A stretch of 64,000 nt of DNA from Phoronis australis (Eukaryota; Animalia; Phoronida): contig NMRA01000020.1 in assembly GCA_002633005.1 (NCBI GenBank), forward strand, positions 1,093,717 through 1,157,716. Reading direction: 5' to 3'. The translations under genes were made by a program, and so were the position numbers. The notes under the pieces are model-generated. The model saw nothing but the letters and a program-made list of their open reading frames with translations. It did not search any database and was not told where the DNA came from. This document shows, one piece after another, positions 37,301-46,400 of this stretch; positions within the stretch are counted from its first letter, which is position 1; every line of letters begins with the position of its first letter.

Positions 37301-39737
37301 TAGAAATTATCCGGCTTTTGAATTCAAATACATCAATTTTTTTTTTATAAATATGTGGACGCATTATGCCATCATCTCTGTCCATCCGGCATCCATCCGG
37401 TGTGCGCTGCTCTATCTCCAAAACCCTTTGACGTATGTTCATGAAATTTTGTACATATGTTCCTTTTAAAGATCCGACTGCCGGTGTGCTCCCTAGTGGT
37501 AATTTTAGTTTTTACGTTAACTTTATCTCTGTACATTCAGAGGTCCTCAATGTCTTTTCATAAAATATGGCATCTAGGCATTCATTAGTGAGATGATGCT
37601 ATCCTCCCATTATCAGATGGTCTCCACATAGTTTGCGCCACCTAGTGGCCATTTTTACTGTTTTCGAGTCTGTTTTTTGGCATCCACCCCTCTGTCAACC
37701 AGTGTTCTTACTAAGAAAAGAACGGCTGACAATGATTTTCCAACGACTTCAACTACTGTGGCACCTCTTAGTGGCAGTTTTTGTTTTGCGCCCATGGCTG
37801 TATCTCCTAAACTGTGCAAGATTTTTACTAAAATTTGCAAGATTAGTGTATTTATATGAATATGTATATACGGATGACCATGACTTTCGGATGGATCTGA
37901 CTATTGGTATGCCCCCTAGTAGCAATAGTTTTTTACGTAACTTTACCTATCTGCAAAGGTCCTCGACGGATTTTCATAAAATTTGGAATATAGGCATATA
38001 TTGGTGAGATGACACTATCTTCCGGTTTTTGGATGGAATGGAGGTATTTTGAGCCATCTGGTGGTCATTTTTGCTGTTTTTGAGTCCACACTCTATCAAC
38101 CAAACCATTCTAAGGATGATTTAGGTGAATTGGTGTATATGTTCTCAGTGTGAAGAAGACAGTAGACGATCACAACTTCAACTACTGTGGCGCCTCCTAG
38201 TGGTAGTTTTGTTTTGCTCCGAGTTGCTATAATTGTTCAATGATAAATGCAGCCATTTTGATTATTTGTAGTATACTGTAACAGGAAATTTCAGAGGTGA
38301 TATAACTTAATAGCACTCGTGATATTCCTGTGATTTCCGTAATTTAATATGTGTCAGAATTCTGGCAAGTAAATTTCTCGTCACTAAGCCTCAAATGACT
38401 AAACTGATTAGTGCCGTCTTGAGGCTTGGAGACGAGGTTGAGTCGTCTCTTTCATGACACAGTTGATAAGTTTCCAGCAACATTTTCGGAATATCAAAAC
38501 CCGGGAGAGGTCATTGCGCATTTTGGTACAAAATGATTCCAAAGTGAGAAGTGGCCCAATTTCCAGAATTTTCCGTATCATACCTGTCGACTACATATCC
38601 GAGTTTTGTTAATGGCTGTTCAAATTCACTTGTCAGGTCATTGCATGGGCCAGTTCAGTCAGCAACAGAGGCAGCTGGGCTCCTGTATCCTCCCATGAAT
38701 GCCCAGACTCTGTGACAGCAATAGCAGTCTATGCGGAATGCTTGCAAGATGGAAGGTATAAAATCTATTTTAACCCAAAATATTTTGTATCCACGCTGCC
38801 TGGATAATTACTCTTGTTTTTACATTTATTTAATATTAATTAATGATTTGATGATTTTTATGATCATTTTGTTAATTTTTTGTTTGTTTGTTTTGTGATG
38901 TTTAAATTGTTTCATTCAAATGAGATGGCGAGATGTTGCATTGACTAGTCTTTGGACAAGACTTTTAACAACATTTAATATGGTAACTTGCTCATTTCCT
39001 TCTTTTCTGATTAGTTATTTAGTGGCAGCTGGTATGGACAGTGGTCACATACATTTGGTGACATGGAATGCCGAGAGTAAGGACATCTGGAGGACACTAT
39101 CCAAACTCGACAAACAGTATCCTTTTATACCTTTGACGGGACATTTCCATGCTCAGAAAATGATCAACTATTTTGTTATAATACAAAGTGAGTCAAATGT
39201 CTTTGCCACTTGTACTTGTAGCTGAATTACTTTGTTTGAGGCACATTTTTTCTTCACTTCAAACAAGCCCCCTCATTTGGTAAAGTGGGCAAAAAGGTCT
39301 GCCTCGGGGAAACAAAAAGTCCGAAAAAAGTAGAAAACGAGACAAAAGTCCACTAAAAAGGCACACTAAATAGGCAGGAATTCACACAATTCATAGCTCT
39401 GAACGTTCTCTGTTTTTTTAGTAAAAGGTTCACATTCTCAAAAATTCGAGCCCCCCTATAGGCTAGGTGCGTGCATGGTGAGTAAAACAGTTTGTTATGA
39501 AATGAGTTGTTGCGAATGGCATGTGCTGCCCCGTGGTGGCCTTCATTTGTACTACATCACAAAAGAAATACAGCTAATTCTTTAACTCCTGTCTTCAGAC
39601 ATGCCCATCACAAGACAGTCAAACGAATACAGTTCAAGAACACAAAGCATCCCTCCACAGATAAACTGATTCAATTGGCCAGTTGTGGCGCTGATCATAT
39701 TGTTAGAATTTATGACATTCATCTTAACAGATTATGA
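7255..39737 (+). CDS. ELP2: Elongator complex protein 2 (WD40 double beta-propeller), 20 coding exons, ~811 aa
   Basis: Exons 7255-7380, 8812-8896, 10457-10527, 10859-11015, 11663-11746, 12824-12888, 13177-13243, 13991-14158, 15411-15506, 15852-15952, 17592-17714, 19301-19453, 32341-32532, 33231-33384, 35192-35322, 35620-35803, 36236-36354, 38637-38755, 39015-39116, 39599-39737. All introns are GT..AG, phases are consistent, total 2436 nt. Diagnostic ELP2 motifs: [87 protein letters not shown]. Confidence 0.96.
8812..8896 (+). CDS. ELP2: ELP2 exon 2
   Basis: AG/GTGAGT; [12 protein letters not shown]. Confidence 0.88.
9387..10120 (+). mobile_element. Helentron-associated non-autonomous element (HINE/DINE-1-like), full structure
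   Basis: 5' subTIR ATGCGCCCACA (9390-9400) with inverted partner at 9412-9422, a GTCY-type microsatellite, internal ~140-bp units, 3' subTIR CGTGGGTGCAT (10085-10095), a short hairpin and a CTTGT end. Confidence 0.7.
10457..10527 (+). CDS. ELP2: ELP2 exon 3
   Basis: [14 protein letters not shown]. Confidence 0.88.
10859..11015 (+). CDS. ELP2: ELP2 exon 4
   Basis: [21 protein letters not shown]; donor GTAAG. Confidence 0.9.
11663..11746 (+). CDS. ELP2: ELP2 exon 5
   Basis: [16 protein letters not shown]; donor GTAAGT. Confidence 0.88.
12824..12888 (+). CDS. ELP2: ELP2 exon 6
   Basis: [15 protein letters not shown]; donor GTGAGT. Confidence 0.9.
13177..13243 (+). CDS. ELP2: ELP2 exon 7
   Basis: [13 protein letters not shown]; donor GTGAGT. 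Confidence 0.92.
13991..14158 (+). CDS. ELP2: ELP2 exon 8
   Basis: [16 protein letters not shown]. Confidence 0.9.
14220..14430 (+). mobile_element. HINE-like 5' fragment (related fragment at ~11780-12200)
   Basis: TTTATGTGCCCC start, CTGTCCATC tract, shared TTTTACGTTTGCCTCTGTAT..ATGAAATTTTGG unit. Confidence 0.5.
15411..15506 (+). CDS. ELP2: ELP2 exon 9
   Basis: [19 protein letters not shown]. Confidence 0.92.
15852..15952 (+). CDS. ELP2: ELP2 exon 10
   Basis: [22 protein letters not shown]. Confidence 0.93.
16478..16720. repeat. Minisatellite, ~60-66 bp x 4
   Basis: Unit GTCAGC..CAGCTTTCAAGTGCTTAAAG(C/T)(A/G)CCACCTACAGAAGTTGACTGTG. Confidence 0.85.
17592..17714 (+). CDS. ELP2: ELP2 exon 11
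   Basis: [32 protein letters not shown]. Confidence 0.94.
18357..18483. repeat. Imperfect ~66-bp tandem duplication
   Basis: TGAA.TCT.TATCTAAAT.TGACCA..CATCAGTATCCACACTATC present twice. Confidence 0.7.
19301..19453 (+). CDS. ELP2: ELP2 exon 12
   Basis: [30 protein letters not shown]. Confidence 0.93.
19529..22443. mobile_element. 2.9-kb non-autonomous TIR DNA transposon, TA target duplication
   Basis: TA|CAGCACACATCACGAAATTTTG... and ...AAAAATTCGTGATTTGTGCTG|TA. About 70-bp imperfect TIRs with many subterminal GCCGACC/GGTCGGC repeats. No transposase ORF. Confidence 0.85.
26403..28064 (+). CDS. Intronless RING-finger + NHL-repeat protein (TRIM2/3-like RING, no B-box or coiled coil), probable E3 ubiquitin ligase, nested in ELP2 intron 12
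   Basis: 553-aa uninterrupted ORF with good start context (AACATGG). C3HC4 [34 protein letters not shown]. About 5-6 NHL-like blades ([95 protein letters not shown]). Confidence 0.9.
   Translation: MATKITRWNSFNKYDGDSLGESEMRPRSSTWSETNKKPPIPRQVNKDGASREPALSRNDKSYLQRQFQLGHKAVSREKLTSKADQNLINSLQKQIQNISIPDDSKPQPKSILKKPLRREQSLESDPGGKTVKFGCGVRSSSHFDLSDLEKPTLMCADRNGNVFPLGRRRASAESSISSSNIRRVIRDELLECTICLDRLKFPKMLRCMHTFCLQCLLEVVSSEQMTSSFLCPVCRETIPVPEDGLENLPTNIYVLKLLDLVGPKTLPVYSENNEPPESPSTDSSSPPTTPGVLPDSFVKRKNFCSFKVHEQIRDLVFTCDNSYLVVACADAIRICDLSGRVLRLIRHLSLAAPSRVAVGTNFIAVIDRMEHNVKTFSLEGDLLGKTNEACKEPMSIGVNSLGEVYIASNKGEVSVFSKKLDYLREFPVSEVYRPSHMAFTRWDELIISDSWDNEIKAFDSFGNLKFMYSPRNNTEGSKKVPFNPIAADKSGMTFVADSLRSRVHVVDTHGRFCGCVATKAEGVCLPVAMATSGCGYLALADSQENIKIYKYRK
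30195..32040 (-). mobile_element. Degenerate L1/Tx1-clade LINE ORF2 relic
   Basis: Fragments [29 protein letters not shown] and [11 protein letters not shown] (upstream RT motifs) with many stops; AATAAA and an A-rich tail at about 30182-30205 on the - strand. Confidence 0.75.
32341..32532 (+). CDS. ELP2: ELP2 exon 13
   Basis: [32 protein letters not shown]. Confidence 0.94.
33231..33384 (+). CDS. ELP2: ELP2 exon 14
   Basis: [18 protein letters not shown]. Confidence 0.92.
33483..34070 (+). mobile_element. Second HINE-like family element
   Basis: TTTTATCAC start with hairpin, TCTGTCTGTGTCC tract, GGGATATT..CTGCTTGTT end. Confidence 0.45.
35192..35322 (+). CDS. ELP2: ELP2 exon 15
   Basis: [28 protein letters not shown]. 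Confidence 0.95.
35620..35803 (+). CDS. ELP2: ELP2 exon 16
   Basis: [22 protein letters not shown]. Confidence 0.92.
36236..36354 (+). CDS. ELP2: ELP2 exon 17
   Basis: [26 protein letters not shown]. Confidence 0.94.
37341..38230 (+). mobile_element. HINE-like element, same family, with internal tandem ~140-bp units
   Basis: T-rich start, TGTGGACGCAT, (TCCA)n-like tract, six units each with CCnCCTAGTGG followed later by ATGAAATTTGG-like motifs. Confidence 0.7.
38637..38755 (+). CDS. ELP2: ELP2 exon 18
   Basis: [12 protein letters not shown]; phase 0 to 2 fits neighbouring exons. Confidence 0.88.
39015..39116 (+). CDS. ELP2: ELP2 exon 19
   Basis: [14 protein letters not shown]; followed by U12-type donor GTATCCTTT. 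Confidence 0.9.
39117..39598 (+). other. U12-type (minor spliceosome) GT-AG intron of ELP2
   Basis: 5' site GTATCCTTTT; branch site TTCTTTAAC at 39578-39586, 12 nt before the 3' end; the reading frame is preserved across it. Confidence 0.88.
39255..39480 (+). mobile_element. hAT-like MITE copy inside the U12 intron
   Basis: Colinear similarity to 58300-58520, ends GGTGCGTGCATG. Confidence 0.6.
39599..39737 (+). CDS. ELP2: ELP2 exon 20 (terminal)
   Basis: [28 protein letters not shown]; AATAAA at about 40133 and 40200. Confidence 0.92.
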
Positions 39738-42700
39738 CAAAAATAGAGCTATTTAAAGTCAAGATGATTAGATCTCCACTTGAAGTATTGGGCAGACATT
39801 TAATTTCGAGATGTTTTCAGGCAGGTCTTTGAAATTCCAGCACTTTGAAAGACAAATGTTACAAGTTAGGCCAGATTAATTTTCAATTATAGTTATTGAA
39901 GCCCCAAGTCAAGCTGAAGCTTGGTTGTGTATTTGCTGTCATTAGGCTCAGGAATTGTTTTCTGAGAAAAGTACAGTCTAGTTAAATTACAGTTATGTTA
40001 CAGTTTTTAAATTAATTTAGCTAAACAGACTTCAACATCATTCTGTAGCGATAAAAAGGCAAATTTGTCAAACTTGAGTCAGTTTAATGTGACCTCATAT
40101 TACCTAGCTGCTAATTGTTCGTTTGTGAGTGCAATAAAGTGCGTAGGGTACCATCTATCCAGATTTTGTTGAAAATATGCACCAAGTGAAAAGTGTGCTA
40201 ATAAAGAAGTGGATATTTTGTGTTGAAATTTAGTTGAATTCCGGCACTCTCCAATGATTTTGTAGCTGAATTAACTCGTTTCAAGCGTAGTTCGTCTTCA
40301 CTCTATATGGTGCTCATACCCGAGGAAATCTTTGACCAATGTTTTGACTGAACATCATATAGGTCCATGGTAAATAATATTTATTGTAAGCTGAACAAGT
40401 TGCCTTTGGACTTTTATCAATCATTAATGATTATTTTTCCACCATTTTGAGAACCACATGGCCAGAAAATGATATTGGCAATTGATGCGTAATTCACTCT
40501 ACAATCAAGCCGAGGTCCAACAAAAGTTATATGTCGCAGAGCAACAATAACGTATAATGACCTCATTACATTACTACTACAAACTGAACAATATGCTCGT
40601 TGTCATGCAGCGTAATACAACACAGCCCATCTGGTTTACATCTGCTCCTTTACTATACATGTATGTTTCAATCAACAGGTGGCAGGACAACTGTCTGTCT
40701 GTGTGTGCTTTGATTTGGTTACAGTTACTTTGGTTACCAAACCTTTCAGAAAGATTTTGAGAGGGTTATTATATGGTAGTTAGGCTGTAGTTGAATTTAA
40801 GTTGTGTTATGGTTAAACACATTTGAAGAGTTCCCACTATGCATTTTCTTAGTTTTTGAGGTTTCAGTTAGCTAATATGAAATGAATACCATAAAATCTA
40901 ACTAAATAAGCACATTTTATGTCAAATTGTTGGGAATCATAGTTTTAAAGAAAAATTGTTATTTTCAAGTTTCGCACATTCCCGCCAATTGATTCAATGG
41001 GTGGAAGAAATTTGGTCACTTGACAATGGTGGAACGCAGCAGATCAGAAGACGAGGATGATTTTGAGCTAGAACTGGAAATTATTATGCAGACAGAGAGG
41101 AAAGTGGATCCGGGCATCACACTCAAGTACTTGAATAATCGGACAATGAATTCGGTTTCCTACTTAGCGAACTTTCGTCGGCTTTGAGGCCGTATGGACT
41201 TGACCCACTTGCACGAGAAATGCTGTAGACATGTGTGAGCCACAAGCAACTTAGGCTGAACCAAGGAGTGGTCAATATTCACAAAACAGACGCACTAATT
41301 AGTAATCACTGACAAAGGCCATGACAGTAAACCTGGGTCACTCGTATTCACTATTGCACACATCGCATAAGCCTTCTAGTCATAGCACTCGATCTGGATC
41401 GGAGTCGAGGGCCTGGCATCACTCGCCCTAGAGTGGAACCAGTTTGTTCGTTATTTATAACATTTTGCAAATACACTTACAAGGTGGCGAGTCCTTCATC
41501 GTAACACGCTTTTGCGTTTGTCAAACCAGGATTCCTTGAAATGTGCCGAACAAAGTGTGGCTCCGACTGAATCGGCATGTTCTACACTGACATTCAACAC
41601 TCTCGTACTGCACACAAACCGATGCCATTTCTGTGCAACTGTCACGTCTAGGAAAATTAAGTTGCTGTTAACTGCAACCTCCACAAATGCATCTTTTCGT
41701 GTCTGAAAAAGGCAGTTCTCCGTGGACTTTCCTCACAACTCCTCAGTATCGCATTGGTAAAAACAACAACGGAGACGGTCTTCCACCCATTACGTACAAA
41801 CTCGATAATAGAAAAATATTTTTTTTGAAAAATTTGGCTCGTTTTTTCAGCAGGTCATACTTAAGGTTATTACATTAAAATTAATTTAAAAAATGTTTTT
41901 GAGACTGACAAAGAGTCGTGATGGGAACTCTAAGATATGGCATTCAGAAGTGTTTGAGATAATTAGTCATATGGATTCAGAGACACAAGTATTAAAACAA
42001 TCTCCCATAAGATCACTGGGTTTTATTTAATTATAGAAATATTATCACAGCACATATTAACTCTTGACTTCCTCCTACACAAATAAAATTAAACAGAAAC
42101 TCATATTGAATAGTCTTCAACAATATATTAATTTGTAAACAACGTTGGACTACTCAGACTAAAATTTGTTCTAAATTAAGTTCCCCAAATGATGAATCGC
42201 TAACATTCTGTACAAAAACAACAAAGTTCAAGGTTCCCAGTGAGCCGACTAGGTAGTCCTGATACTGCATGTGAAGCAATTGTGCTTAGTTCCTCTCCCT
42301 TACAATGAGGTAGGTTTTTACTACAGCAATAAGATTTTTAAAAATGTTCTTGGAATGTTTATGTTCAGTTGAGCAACTTGTATCGGTTTGTCACCGATCA
42401 AATGTTATGGGAAAAGTTTGTATTTTGTCCTGTCCTTGTGCTGAAAGCGCCAACTTCAAAGCATACCAAGTCGGTTCACTTTTTCACACCGGCAATCTGT
42501 TCCTCTTTTCACTCCTCTGAGAAAGAAGTGCATGTCAGATGCCACGGTTGCAATAGACCAGTCGTTGAAGATGGATTGAAACTTAAAGACAGATCTCTTG
42601 AATAGCATCACCACTTGGTGCCAAGTGACTAGCCTTTTCTCCAGCTCCCTTTCAGACTGCACCGCAACTTCGATTGCGGTTGGATAATCTAGAGACAACC

Positions 42701-43222
42701 CAATAATTGAAGGGTTTGGACTGAATTAGGCACTTTCAGACCAGCTGGGACCATATAAAACCCACATATTTGTTCAGTTTAGAGCAGTTCAATTATTCTT
42801 TTCAGCAACGTAATTATTTGGTCCACTTTTGCTAAGATTTTATACATCTATGTGAAATCGGCTCACAAGTGACCTGGCTGACTTTTAGAATTTTCTTACA
42901 TAATAACCTCTGCTTTGGGGATTGGGTGCAGTGACCTGTGAATACACTTGTTCGGGGCTACATGACGTGTGTATTCCAATTGTGGATCTTGAGTGGCTTT
43001 GTGTTCAAGTTCCGAACTAACGTGAGTTTTAACACACTAAGTTTTCCACAATTTTCCATTTCTAGGGTGGCGCATGTTGGCAGTAATTTTTCTCTAACTT
43101 GCTTTATCTTAATTTGAAGATACGCACTACTGTGCCTTCTTACGTCACAGTCTCACTTCAAGGTCATGGCCCAGTGAAACCTGAACCTGGCATTGGTTAT
43201 AATGATTGCTGGCAGTTGGCAA

Positions 43223-43408
43223 CTAATTTAAAAGATCTCCTATACTAAGTCCTTGCAAGGCATTGCCTGTGAGCTCCAGACCAGTGTCAGGCATGTGTTG
43301 TGCCTGACTGTCATTGGTACGTAGAGGTCTTGTCACTCTAGTCGTTGTGTTTGGTTGAGATCGTCTGGAAGCTGGAGGCCCTGAGCCAAGGAACAGATCT
43401 TGAGATCC
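43223..43408 (-). CDS. ZSWIM2: ZSWIM2 terminal exon
   Basis: Acceptor TTTGCAG, GSQDLFLG..LSIGDLLN-TAG; AATAAA on the - strand near 42022-42027. Confidence 0.65.
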   Translation of the reverse strand, partial: GSQDLFLGSGPPASRRSQPNTTTRVTRPLRTNDSQAQHMPDTGLELTGNALQGLSIGDLLN

Positions 43409-46400
43409 CTGCAAATAATCACGCAATGACCAATTTTTTAAATATTTTAACATTTAAAAAAAAGTCAGCGTTGAAAATTTTTTTTCAAAAATTCATTAAT
43501 GATGCGTGTTTTTTTTTGTCGCACCTCATAACTTACATTATAATGCATTTGTGTGGGGCCTTTTGTCTCAAATTTTTCATTTTTCTTTGAGCCACAGCGA
43601 CATAGGCTACAACGTTTTAAAAAGGTTTTTGATGGCTGATATCTGTGCTACAGTCCATACTTACTAGGTACTCACTCAGATGCTGCCATATGTAACGAGG
43701 TTTCTGCGTAAACCTGGAGTGACCACTTTATAAAAAAAATCATAAATTAATTGAGGCAAACCTAAACAGGGCCGAGAGTTGCAAAATGTTTACAATTCAG
43801 TGATCATATCGTGTTTTGGTCGTGATAGACCAACCCGAAAAACCTTGCCTCGTTTTCAGGTCAGTGGAAATTCCTGGGAAAAACACAACCTTTGTTTGGC
43901 GGGTAACATGCGATTTCACGCCTATACACATTACCTGATGGCATTAAGTTCCATTGCCACACCGGGTGTAATTACCATGTTTATTGCCCCTACAGCGCAA
44001 AGGGGTAATAAGCTATTGAAATCGGTGACAAAAGCATGCCAAGTTTATGGTCCCTGTAACCCCTGAGATTCTATCAAGAACATTTCACATTATGATCTTT
44101 TGACTGACAAAACTCATCCTGCTGTAAATTTGGTGAATATCAACAAAGGAGTAAAATTACTAATATTTAAGTGCTATCAAGAGAAAGAACAATTAAAATT
44201 CTAGGTTTTTTAGTAGGTTTCTTGTTAATACATGTTGTATGCGGACAGATGAAACGGGAACATCTAATATTCTGGGCTGAAGTGTCATTCCTTTATTTAT
44301 ATATAATGTACTATTGACGATCAGAATACTATTTTTACCATTCTCAATATCTTTGTTTTTCAAATTATGTATAACAACCAACTGAAATTTCGACAAAACC
44401 TAAACCTGTTTTTGTCTTTAGTGCACATCATCATAGTTTGGGTATTGTTTGGCACATTGCCGTCTGTCATAGTTGAGTTTTGATTAATAATACAGTAAAC
44501 ATAGAACATACTAATAGACTACTTGTTTGAGTTTACAGTGAGTTAAAACCTTTCCTCTGATAGCCAGTCACTTTAGTTTTATTAACAGACATTTTGTTTC
44601 ACATAGCGCTAAGTGCGGTATGATGTGCTCCGCTTTTCATAAAGCACTGCAGCTGCAGTTATTTAGATGGTTGTGAAATTGCCATGTTTTTTTTATGGTC
44701 ATAAGACACAGACTGTTCTTAAACGTGATGGGATTGGTACCACTCAGATCTCACAAACCTCTGTCACTTGGGGAACAAATTATATTACGGATTGTAATTT
44801 CAAACAATGCATATTATTTATTTCGTTTATATCTACCCTTCTTTGGCTGGTGGAACTTCTGTCCCGTGATGACGACCTCGCTCGGTCGCCACGGTTTCCA
44901 CTTGAACTTCTTGTCTGCCGTGTGTCACGTACTTTGGTGCGAGCTCTTGCTTTTCTGGTGATAGCTTCGGAATCTACGTATTAAATGCAATATGTAACTT
45001 TAAGGTAAAAACAAATGAAAATGAGCTGAAATGACATGGAAAACAAAGTACTTAATAATCAGCACTGGTTCTTTATTCGTGTTTGTTACAAGTCTTAGAA
45101 GTGACGGGAATGAACATCATTCAAGCAAACGTTTCATAGACTTTTTTATCGTGTCTCCATTTAAGAGATACGCTGCTATTGGCAATTCCTTGCTTATTTT
45201 TTGTTGTAAAGTGCGCACATGAATTACATGTGACAATCATGTTAGTTTGAACACAAATGATGTTCTTAAGGTGCTCAAATTAAGGAAATTCTGCAGAAAT
45301 TGTCAAAAGTGCACCACTCTCAAGCACACAGTTACTGAAAACAACAAATGAAATTCACACAGCTGGAAACTTACCGGCGGTCTTCGTCATCCATCCAGCT
45401 TTTTAGCGCAAAATTTTTCACAAACAAACTTTTAATTTAAAATTTACAATTCCTTAACTGTCACAGGGCTACAGTACCTCAGTGATAAAGATCTCAAGAA
45501 TATTGACTCCATGTCCATCATTTCCACATGAATACTTATAGGACTAGGCAATTGTTTACCACTATATGATTAATACACGTCAACAAAGAAGTGCTTCATT
45601 GTTTTTAAGCTCCATACTAATTAGCTAACCCACGAGAACATCTTTTGAGAAATTGTGGGTATATCACATCCAAGTTAGAAGCATTTGAAAATTAGAGCTA
45701 TCAGCTTTCTTAGCAATTATGCTTGTCCAAAATTGGTGAGACTTTACCGTAAAAACTAGATAATATTGAAATGATCACCCTTGTAAAGACGGTTCCTAAG
45801 CATATTGCTACTTACCACTATCAGGATTCTGTCCGGCTGGAGGTTTCCTAGACAGTGGTGGAGCACTGGCTGGTTCTGATCGGCCAAGAGTGAGCTCTGT
45901 AGTATCAAACATCTGATGATTTGCAGGTATTGACACAGCGGCAGCAACTCTTTCTAAAACATGATTTGTCGAGGCTCGTCTAATCGCGGGTGAGGAAAAA
46001 TTTTTTTTGTGTGATGTCTCTGGAATACCTAGGTTAAGACCCGATACATTTGGCGAGCTGTGACTAGTGGGAATAGATGGCGCCACAGGTACTCGGTCGA
46101 TGTGTCCCGGCTGAGCACGTTTGACGGTCGAGGAGGAAGAGACTGGTTCAGGAATACCCAAGTTTAAACCAGAGACATCTGGAGCACTGTTGGATGATGG
46201 GAATGATGAGGGAGTTGCGTCTATGCTTGATTGGCGTGACACACGCTGACGAATACGTGCAGGTATTCGATCAATCAGTTCTTGTATATGGGATTGAGCA
46301 GGTGGTTTGGCTGATGGGTTGGAGGAAGTGTCATTGCTGAAACAAAAATTTCAACAATGTGAAGTTACTATGAAGTATTCAAATGTGGGGAATGCAAAGT

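Noticed and set aside
41026-41190. Short acidic ORF in the CpG-rich patch between the ELP2 and ZSWIM2 3' ends, possibly a transposase relic
   Set aside because: No diagnostic motif or termini could be identified by eye.
42456-42698. Extra ZSWIM2 coding exon
   Set aside because: Lies downstream of the in-frame TAG at 43223 with no suitable donor before that stop; probably 3' UTR.
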